A stretch of DNA of 14,225 nt from a virus. Taxonomy: Duplodnaviria > Heunggongvirae > Uroviricota > Caudoviricetes. Shown here one piece after another: positions 1-5,251 of the stretch. The stretch lies in the IMG/VR virus record IMGVR_UViG_2778261499_000007; one strand, 5' to 3'. Under the pieces are notes generated by a model. The model was not told the DNA's origin and ran no database searches. It was given only the letters and a program-made list of their open reading frames with translations. Made by a program: the position numbers and the translations under genes. Position 1 is the first letter of the stretch, and each line of letters begins with the position of its first letter.

Positions 1-77
1 CCCCTCAGAGTGGATAGCTGCCAGTGTGGCGTAATTCAGGCCGCTATAGTGCTTTCCGTCATCCCAGCCAACCGCTA
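1..77. repeat. Terminal overlap copy 1 (identical to 14149-14225), marking a circular molecule
   Basis: Base-by-base comparison of both ends gives 77/77 identity. 77 is also a common assembler k-mer size, so this is most simply an assembly overlap and not a biological repeat. Confidence 0.9.
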
Positions 78-156
78 CACCTTCCATCTGTGAGAGCTCT
101 TTGTGCAGCTTATCCATCATGCGCTTGTCTATGGTGCAATGGACTTTCGGACTCAT
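1..156 (-). CDS. 5' part (codons 1-52) of a wrap-around 152-aa CDS; putative tail-completion / virion-morphogenesis protein (HK97 gp10-like)
   Basis: ATG at 156-154 is preceded by GGAG with an 8-nt spacer. This ATG overlaps the TGA (155-153) of the upstream gene as ATGA. The frame stays open through base 1 and continues at 14148. N-terminus: MSPKVHCTIDKRMMDKLHKELSQMEGVAVGWDDGKHYSGLNYATLAAIHSEG. The stretch ATLAAIHSEGWGDLPKRSFMESA resembles the yA..vEfG....P.rpF motif of HK97 gp10-type tail components (from memory). Confidence 0.6.
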   Translation of the reverse strand, partial: MSPKVHCTIDKRMMDKLHKELSQMEGVAVGWDDGKHYSGLNYATLAAIHSEG

Positions 157-956
157 TTGTTGATCTCCGTGATGTCATCGAGCAACATGTTGGCCTTATC
201 GATCATCGTTTCGTGGAACTCATTCGACACAACAGACTTATCACCTGCGGCAATCTTTCCAGCAGCCTCTCCCTGTGCATATTCCCCGCGATGCTTAGCC
301 CTGGTGGATTTCGTAGCAGCGTTGCCAGCGTTGCTACCCTCTTTAGCACTGTTAACAGCACCCTTTTGCTGTGTTTTGTTCACCTTCTTACTGTTAGTGA
401 AAACTCCGGCATTTTCGACCATCTTCACCTTGAAGGTGCGGAATTCTTCAAAAGTGCAATCAATAGTGATGCAGTCGCCAGAGGAAGAGCTACGCTTAAC
501 TTCACATTTCGTCATGATGAAGTTCTCAAGAAGTCCGGCATCTTCACTAACCAGGCTAACCAGCTGGCGCTTGTCTCTCATTTCCATAAGTGCCTGAACA
601 GCGGCAGCAGGGCGCATAGATTCACGGGGATTATCTGGATCAGTGTTCCGGTCGATGTAGTTCTCTTTCCGGATGATATGAGGGGAAGAGGTGATAATAC
701 CCGTAAAGCTGACAGATTTATCTTTAATGACGGCATGGTCTGACATGGTGGTGCCATCCTCGACCGCATAGCTCGATTTCTCGACAGGGAACGAATAGCT
801 GACATCAGAGATTGAGTCAAAGAAGATAGCCACGTTATCGGTATAGTTGAAGCCATCCATTATATTTTTGTTTTGTGAATATCCCCCACACATAACAGTG
901 AATGCAGGAGATCTCGACTCAGCTTGTTTTGCAGCTGTCAGAGCATCACTAGCCAT
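153..956 (-). CDS. Putative Dit-like / baseplate-type tail protein (267 aa from Met19 of the track ORF)
   Basis: GGAGG lies 10 nt upstream of the ATG at 956. The track start at 1010 is a TTG with no SD. SFPVEKSSYAVEDGTTMSDHAVIKDKSVSFTGIITS, followed by AAVQALMEMRDKRQLVSLVSEDAGLLENFIMTKCEVKR, matches the PvEdG..isDh...P..l...G pattern plus the later L..l....lv.lvt....y.nm.i....v.r pattern of Dit-like N-terminal domains (from memory). The C-terminal third is low complexity. Confidence 0.45.
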   Translation of the reverse strand: MASDALTAAKQAESRSPAFTVMCGGYSQNKNIMDGFNYTDNVAIFFDSISDVSYSFPVEKSSYAVEDGTTMSDHAVIKDKSVSFTGIITSSPHIIRKENYIDRNTDPDNPRESMRPAAAVQALMEMRDKRQLVSLVSEDAGLLENFIMTKCEVKRSSSSGDCITIDCTFEEFRTFKVKMVENAGVFTNSKKVNKTQQKGAVNSAKEGSNAGNAATKSTRAKHRGEYAQGEAAGKIAAGDKSVVSNEFHETMIDKANMLLDDITEINK

Positions 957-1150
957 ATTAAACATGCCTCCAAATTGGTCCACTTCATGGATTTGGCTAA
1001 ACTCGTGCAAGTAGCACTCATCCCGAGGGTGTTAAAGCCAAACCTGCAAAAGATGCAGGCAAAATAGAACTTATCGTTGCCCTGCTTAAAATCTGCAGAA
1101 AATACAGGGCAGTTATTCGTTAGAATCGCTTATAGCTCTTCCCGAGAGCG

Positions 1151-1402
1151 TTATTTTGCAAAACGATTATGGGCATTCAGGGCTTTTTTGCGGTCCTGGG
1201 CTTGTTTGCGTGCAATAAAATGTTCGAAAGTCTCGGCCCAGGTGCATTTATTATATTCACGGTATTTATGCATAGCCTGGCGGCTAACGTCATAGCAGGC
1301 GGCAAATGTGGAGATACGCAGGAATTCCGGCAGATCCTCGTCATCGATATGGATAATATCAAAAGGCACGTCATCACGGTCGCCGTATAAAACAATTTTC
1401 AT
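1151..1402 (-). CDS. Small HTH DNA-binding protein (83 aa)
   Basis: GAGGTG lies 6 nt upstream of the ATG at 1402. HTH-like stretch: ISTFAACYDVSRQAMHKY. The C-terminus is basic. The gene lies just outside the left inverted repeat. Confidence 0.55.
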   Translation of the reverse strand: MKIVLYGDRDDVPFDIIHIDDEDLPEFLRISTFAACYDVSRQAMHKYREYNKCTWAETFEHFIARKQAQDRKKALNAHNRFAK

Positions 1403-1436
1403 AAAAGACACCTCAAAAACTTAAGACGGGGATTAT

Positions 1437-1480
1437 GAGTCCTTCCAGGACCTTAGCTAAAGCTAAGCCCTTTGGGTCTG
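1437..1480 (-). repeat. Inverted repeat IR-L (44 nt, reverse complement of 4293-4336 with 5 mismatches)
   Basis: The minus strand reads cagacccaaagggcttagctttagctaaggtcctggaaggactc. It contains the palindrome CTTAGCT-TT-AGCTAAG and the hairpin GTCCT-GGA-AGGAC. Confidence 0.9.
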
Positions 1481-1487
1481 TGGATAA
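1479..1487 (-). promoter_or_regulatory. Perfect DnaA box (TTATCCACA on the minus strand)
   Basis: The plus strand reads tgtggataa, a 9/9 match to the E. coli consensus. It abuts IR-L. Confidence 0.4.
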
Positions 1488-1488
1488 T

Positions 1489-1541
1489 AAAAAAGGGAAG
1501 AGGGAAAGACCTATCCCCGATCTCTCACCTCTTCCCTTTGC
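1489..1541 (-). terminator. Rho-independent terminator after the capsid gene (possibly bidirectional)
   Basis: 10-bp stem AGGGAAGAGG (1494-1503) / CCTCTTCCCT (1528-1537). On the minus strand it is followed by TTTTT. It starts 3 nt after the capsid stop. Confidence 0.7.
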
Positions 1542-1543
1542 TT

Positions 1544-2578
1544 TTATTTAGCCTTGGCAGCGGCGGCGGTGTTTTTAACACTCACTTTAACCACAACTTC
1601 AGGCATCATGTTCATGAAAGCATAAGAGGATTCAACGAAGATTTCGCGTTTGCCTCTGGACTCTTCCATATACATGAAAGCTTCACGTGCAGCGCCGTTT
1701 GCCAGCTTCAGGTTGCGAGCGCAAGGGCCGAAAAATTGAGTATAAACGCCCACCATATCGCCTAACGCATGCGGCTGGAACTGTGGGACTAGATAAGCAG
1801 TATTCTCTGGCAGACTATCCATTTGCACCACACGCAGGGCTAAGCCCGGAATGCGGAAGGTCGGGAAGCCCGGCAGAATATCCTCAGGGAACATCAGACC
1901 TTTATCGGTAATATTCTGATTGCCGAACAACAGCACTTTACGGAGCAGTTCATCAGTCTGAATTGCAGCAAAGAGCTCAGCACGGCAGAACAGGGTGAAA
2001 CCACGCAGAGCGCGAACGACACCACGCTGTTTAACCTTGCTCAGTGCAACCAGGTCCTGCAGCTGTTTAAGGATATCTTGAGCTAGATCCACTTCTGAAG
2101 TGGTTTGCTGTGCGCCCAGCAGTTCGCACACATTCAGTTCTTTACCCTTGGTGAGGATAATTTTGTTCTCAAAGAGAGCAAGCTGGCGTGCTTCTTCATG
2201 GGTCTGGCGTAAGCCTTCGCCCAGTTGAATAACACGACGAGCGGTTACAGACTCTAAATTCTCTTCGGAATCTTTGCCAGGAACGCGGATACCCTGCCAG
2301 TCAGAAGGATAAATAGCACTTGATGCGGCAGTGAACGCCATATCACCCGTGCCCGTTTCACGCTCATCTGCGGTAATGGTCGCCATCTGTTCACCGTAGC
2401 GCGGATACTGACCGAAAGCGGTTTGTTTCACCTGCCGAACTTTGTCATATTCAAATTTGAAGGTATTGCACAGAGCAGTAGTGTTGAAGATATCCATTGC
2501 TGAAATAATCTGATTATCCAGCGGGATGTCTTTAATCAGACCACACAGATCGCGAACTTCGAATTCTTTCTTAGCCAT
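1544..2578 (-). CDS. Major capsid protein, lambda gpE-like (344 aa)
   Basis: AGGAGG lies 6 nt upstream of the ATG at 2578. The track start at 2584 is a TTG. Size, position directly after a gpD-like gene, and overall sequence character fit the phage major capsid protein E family. It is followed by a strong terminator. Confidence 0.7.
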   Translation of the reverse strand: MAKKEFEVRDLCGLIKDIPLDNQIISAMDIFNTTALCNTFKFEYDKVRQVKQTAFGQYPRYGEQMATITADERETGTGDMAFTAASSAIYPSDWQGIRVPGKDSEENLESVTARRVIQLGEGLRQTHEEARQLALFENKIILTKGKELNVCELLGAQQTTSEVDLAQDILKQLQDLVALSKVKQRGVVRALRGFTLFCRAELFAAIQTDELLRKVLLFGNQNITDKGLMFPEDILPGFPTFRIPGLALRVVQMDSLPENTAYLVPQFQPHALGDMVGVYTQFFGPCARNLKLANGAAREAFMYMEESRGKREIFVESSYAFMNMMPEVVVKVSVKNTAAAAKAK

Positions 2579-2589
2579 TTCCAACCTCC

Positions 2590-2925
2590 TTATTGTGCAA
2601 CACGCAAATCGCCATTGCTGGCAGCAATAACAGCGGCTAAGCCGTCTTTATCCACGTAGGCCGGATTGATATAACAGCCTTTGTTGGCAACAACGATAAA
2701 AGCATCACCAACCTCAGCACGTTCTACAACCAGCAGCGGAGTTTTATCGGTGTGCGTTTCTTTAACGAAGGTCTCAACCTCGCCAGCCTCAGTCACCACA
2801 ACAACAGTGCCAGCCGGAATCTCAGCTTTAACTTTGTTTTTAATTTCAACGTCGCGAATACTAAATTGCTCATCTGCGGCGTATGAAATGATGTGTCCGC
2901 GTGTGCGGATAGTCATATCTCTCAT
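2590..2925 (-). CDS. Head decoration / cement protein, lambda gpD-like (111 aa)
   Basis: AGGTGA lies 4 nt upstream of the ATG. About 110 aa with IPAGTVVVV...G..v.....a.VGDAFIVVANKGCY, typical of decoration proteins. It sits immediately upstream of the capsid gene, as in lambda D-E. Confidence 0.6.
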   Translation of the reverse strand: MRDMTIRTRGHIISYAADEQFSIRDVEIKNKVKAEIPAGTVVVVTEAGEVETFVKETHTDKTPLLVVERAEVGDAFIVVANKGCYINPAYVDKDGLAAVIAASNGDLRVAQ

Positions 2926-3410
2926 TTGATCACCTGCGATTTAAATTAACTCCCCTCAAAGAGTTCCGGTATAACCTCTCAAACCGCGACAGGCTCGGGC
3001 CGAAAAGTTATGCCGGAAATCTAAAGGGGGATTGATATAAGGAGAGGGAGATAGCCCCGCACCGTAGCCAAGCGGGGGCTATTCCACATGGGGAAACCGA
3101 CAACAGTCGGATGATAGTTCACAGTATGGGTTACGGTTACTAGAGAGCACTATCACGAAAGGCACTCCCCCGAATCAGTTCAGGCTGCGGTCACATCAGC
3201 GGGGAAATACCTTTCGGGATAGCTACCCACACAGAAAACCCGCAAAAGAAAACTGTGTGGATAACTAGCCCAATAGGAGAATTAATCGACCACTCAACGA
3301 TGATCAGGGTAGTGTTATTTATAGGGCGGCACCGCTACCTGGTCGCCTTTACTTTGGAGGAAAATATGGCAAATCAAGATCTTCTCAAATGATATTGATT
3401 CCATACTATA
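2926..3410 (-). other. About 480-nt ORF-poor, hairpin-dense leader between the SOS promoter and the decoration gene (candidate cos/packaging region or regulatory RNA)
   Basis: Stems read directly: ATAGCCCCGC/GCGGGGCTAT (3051-3081); CCGAC/GTCGG; CCACACAG/CTGTGTGG (3228-3260); TCCGG.ATAAC/GTTATACCGGA (2966-3019, 11 bp with 1 mismatch); and a nested long hairpin at about 3140-3226. There is a GC-rich quasi-symmetric block, GGGCGGCACCGCTACCTGGTCGCC, at 3324-3347. Confidence 0.4.
3256..3264 (-). promoter_or_regulatory. Perfect DnaA box (TTATCCACA on the minus strand)
   Basis: The plus strand reads tgtggataa, 9/9. It lies within the 3' arm of the CCACACAG/CTGTGTGG hairpin and its 3' flank. Confidence 0.35.
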
Positions 3411-3428
3411 CTGTATATTATATCAGTA
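3409..3428. promoter_or_regulatory. LexA operator (SOS box)
   Basis: TACTGTATATTATATCAGTA equals TACTG-N10-CAGTA with an all-A/T spacer. This is the canonical E. coli-type CTG-N10-CAG palindrome. It overlaps the -10 element of the promoter below. Confidence 0.8.
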
Positions 3429-3445
3429 TTTACTCACATTGTCAA
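3417..3445 (-). promoter_or_regulatory. Consensus sigma70 promoter firing leftward toward the decoration/capsid operon
   Basis: The minus strand reads TTGACA (3445-3440), a 17-nt spacer atgtgagtaaatactga, then TATAAT (3422-3417). Both hexamers and the spacing are perfect. Confidence 0.8.
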
Positions 3446-3775
3446 CACCTTGATTATATAAATTCTAATAATTAGCGTAGTAACGGTATTTTCAGACCTC
3501 TATCAATCCCATCAATACGTCACCCCCACCCTTTAGATGCATACATCCGACCTACTTTGTAGGCTTGGCGTACTGCCAAGGTCGCAGCTATGCGACTCCT
3601 ATCTATCACCACTTTATAAAGCTTGATAGATATCTTTTGATCAATATCAATGTTTTCCGGGTATTTACCCGGCTATAGTTCGAATCAAGGAAGGGGAGCA
3701 TTGATAGAGACACCCAAAGGGGTGACTGAAAGTCACCTGGCATAGCCAGTGAAAGCACCCAACCGAACAAACAAA

Positions 3776-3790
3776 TCAACTTCTCGCAAA
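3776..3790 (+). promoter_or_regulatory. Conserved leader motif copy 1 (TCAACTTCTCGCAAA), 26 nt before an ATG
   Basis: Identical 15-mer to 4367-4381, at the same distance from the start codon. Confidence 0.6.
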
Positions 3791-3801
3791 AGGTGATAGT
3801 T

Positions 3802-3924
3802 ATGGGTATCAAGAACAGTGCCAGCGCATGGCAAAAGGCCAGGTTTCATCACCCACACATTGTTAAGGCAATTGAGGTGGTTGGAGTTTTAGCCCTGATG
3901 TTAGCTCTGTGTGTGGAGGTGTGA
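3802..3924 (+). CDS. Small protein, 40 aa, with a hydrophobic C-terminal segment
   Basis: AGGTGA SD upstream. Translation: MGIKNSASAWQKARFHHPHIVKAIEVVGVLALMLALCVEV. It is below the ORF-track size cut-off and was translated by hand. Confidence 0.4.
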   Translation: MGIKNSASAWQKARFHHPHIVKAIEVVGVLALMLALCVEV

Positions 3925-3925
3925 G

Positions 3926-4006
3926 ATGGGCAAAGGAGGCAAAGCATTTTTAATAGGTCTGGCTATCCTGGATGTTCTACTAATCATGATTAAGCGGAGT
4001 TTATGA
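3926..4006 (+). CDS. Small membrane peptide, 26 aa
   Basis: GGAGG lies 6 nt upstream. The start is 1 nt after the previous stop. Translation: MGKGGKAFLIGLAILDVLLIMIKRSL. Confidence 0.4.
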   Translation: MGKGGKAFLIGLAILDVLLIMIKRSL

Positions 4007-4025
4007 ACAGCATTGAGAGGAGTTT

Positions 4026-4286
4026 ATGACGGGGGCTAAAGATATCAGGAGACTGAGGGAAGAGCTGATAGCTGAAATTAAAGCTAAGGCAAAGCAAATG
4101 GAGATAGCCGCACAAATGGATGTAGCGGAACAGATGTACAAGATGGTTGAGGAGGGAACGCCACGACAGGTTATCGCTAAAACCTTCGGTGTGGGGATCG
4201 CCACCGTGCACAGAAGGCTGAAAGCCTATGCCGACTACCACAATATCGAGAGAAAGGAGGATGGGAGATTTAAGAAGAATAAATAG
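4026..4286 (+). CDS. Stand-alone recombinase-type HTH protein (86 aa; coiled helix plus a Hin/resolvase-like HTH, no catalytic domain)
   Basis: GTPRQVIAKTFGVGIATVHRRL aligns with Hin GHPRQQLAIIFGIGVSTLYRYF (10/22 identical, from memory). The N-terminal 40 aa is a charged helix. No serine-recombinase catalytic domain is present anywhere in the element. Confidence 0.55.
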   Translation: MTGAKDIRRLREELIAEIKAKAKQMEIAAQMDVAEQMYKMVEEGTPRQVIAKTFGVGIATVHRRLKAYADYHNIERKEDGRFKKNK

Positions 4287-4292
4287 TAGGAA

Positions 4293-4336
4293 CAGGCCCG
4301 AAGGGCTTAGCTTTAGCTAAGGTCCTATCAGGACTC
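4293..4336 (+). repeat. Inverted repeat IR-R (44 nt, partner of 1437-1480)
   Basis: Sequence: caggcccgaagggcttagctttagctaaggtcctatcaggactc. It starts 7 nt after the HTH gene stop. Confidence 0.9.
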
Positions 4337-4366
4337 CCACACAGTCCAACAGGTTATTAACTAAAT

Positions 4367-4381
4367 TCAACTTCTCGCAAA
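4367..4381 (+). promoter_or_regulatory. Conserved leader motif copy 2 (TCAACTTCTCGCAAA), 26 nt before an ATG
   Basis: See 3776-3790. Confidence 0.6.
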
Positions 4382-4392
4382 GGGGTACCACT

Positions 4393-5103
4393 ATGTTTAA
4401 AGGTCTTGTTGTTACGCTATTGGCTTGCATTGTATTTGGTCCATGGGTGTTAGTAATTGCTTTACCTATATTGCTGATCATGAGCTTAGGGAATGATATT
4501 AAAAAGCTGCATGCACAATATAAGGAGCATCCTGGAGCAGTCATAACAAGTCTGGTTATAGTCGCGGGGCTTATTGGCTGGGTCTACTTCTCTCTTCCCA
4601 CAGGAAATACAACTGCAAATGTAGAAGAGGCGAACGCACAGCATGAAGAAGTGGTTAACGTCGCCGACCTTACATGGGAGGACAGGGTAAAAGCATATAA
4701 ATATATTTATGGTGTGCTAGATTGCGATCTCTCTAAAGATATAGGATGCACAGATAAATACCAGATTCACGCCTGGCTGTGGAATCATGCAGAAAAAGGT
4801 GCTTGCAACCAGATTAAAGTGGCGGTTAACAGTGGGGCACCTACTGGGAAAAATAAAGATGTTCTGACGGTATGGTGCAAGGATGTAAAAGGCAATGATC
4901 GTTGGCTACAGATGCGCCACATGGACGGTGTAAGCATAGAAACTACACGAACGGCTCGATGGTATAACGGTGAACTCGTTCACGAAGCATGGCAGAATAA
5001 CGCCTGGATCACTGAGGGAACACTCCTGAATGTTGATATGGAAGCATTGAAGATGCTTAATGAGATGTACGGTGAAGCCGTAGAAACCTCTCCGATGAAA
5101 TAA
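4393..5103 (+). CDS. Membrane protein (236 aa) with N-terminal TM helices and a Cys/Trp-rich extracytoplasmic domain; function unknown
   Basis: Hydrophobic stretches: LVVTLLACIVFGPWVLVIALPILLIM and VITSLVIVAGLIGWVYF. Soluble C-terminal domain. Followed by a strong terminator. Confidence 0.6.
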   Translation: MFKGLVVTLLACIVFGPWVLVIALPILLIMSLGNDIKKLHAQYKEHPGAVITSLVIVAGLIGWVYFSLPTGNTTANVEEANAQHEEVVNVADLTWEDRVKAYKYIYGVLDCDLSKDIGCTDKYQIHAWLWNHAEKGACNQIKVAVNSGAPTGKNKDVLTVWCKDVKGNDRWLQMRHMDGVSIETTRTARWYNGELVHEAWQNNAWITEGTLLNVDMEALKMLNEMYGEAVETSPMK

Positions 5104-5113
5104 CCACACCTAC

Positions 5114-5140
5114 CAGGGGCCATCACGGCCCCTTTTTATT
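5114..5140 (+). terminator. Rho-independent terminator
   Basis: AGGGGCC-atcac-GGCCCCT followed by TTTTTATTT. Confidence 0.8.
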
Positions 5141-5200
5141 TATCCCCTATTTACACTCCTTTCAGTCCTGATCATCACTCCCTACCCCCTGATCAATTAA

Positions 5201-5251
5201 CCCCTATTTAAGGGGTATTTAATGGGTATTTAATGCCTATTTATTGATTTA
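5201..5251. repeat. Phased 11-bp repeats (SSSTATTTAWK, 4-5 copies)
   Basis: TATTTA starts at 5205, 5216, 5227 and 5238, an exact 11-bp period. There is a degenerate copy at about 5247 and an isolated copy at 5148. Confidence 0.7.

Noticed and set aside
1-77. Terminal 77-nt direct repeat as a biological DTR/LTR
   Set aside because: Its length equals a standard assembler k-mer, and the repeat falls in the middle of a reading frame that is restored by circular closure. It is best explained as an assembly overlap of a circular molecule.
24-743. Plus-strand ORFs 24-743 and 103-597, and minus-strand ORF 578-856
   Set aside because: These are shadow ORFs overlapping the Dit-like gene and the wrap-around gene. 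They have no SD and a low-complexity, Cys/Ser/Leu-rich composition. The minus-strand genes show coupling and recognisable motifs.
1077-1395. ORFs 1077-1295(+), 1169-1390(+), 1177-1395(-)
   Set aside because: They overlap the 83-aa HTH gene, which has a strong SD. Their translations look like noise.
1472-1911. ORFs 1472-1765(+), 1687-1911(+), 2681-2929(+)
   Set aside because: They are antisense shadows of the capsid and decoration genes.
3193-3212. GCGGGGAAA resembling the P2/186 cos core (GGCGGGGAAAGCA)
   Set aside because: It is only a 9-nt match with diverged flanks, the chance expectation is about 0.1, and the capsid genes are lambda-like rather than P2-like.
3315-3404. 29-aa minus-strand ORF (MESISFEKIL...) starting about 6 nt after the predicted SOS transcript start, and the 8-aa plus-strand ORF at 3366-3392 with a GGAGG SD
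   Set aside because: Both are too short, have no supporting features and overlap the GC-rich cos-like block. They cannot be supported from sequence alone.
3530-3700. tRNA-like signal: three adjacent hairpins at 3551-3597 and agttcgaatca at 3678-3688, which resembles a T-loop
   Set aside because: No acceptor stem is present, loop sizes are wrong (3, 5 and 4 nt), and position 33 of the putative anticodon loop is not U. It is not a tRNA.
3606-3812. Minus-strand ORF 3606-3812, and ORFs 3990-4241 and 4001-4204
   Set aside because: They have no SD, run antisense to better-supported plus-strand genes and motifs, and have implausible composition.
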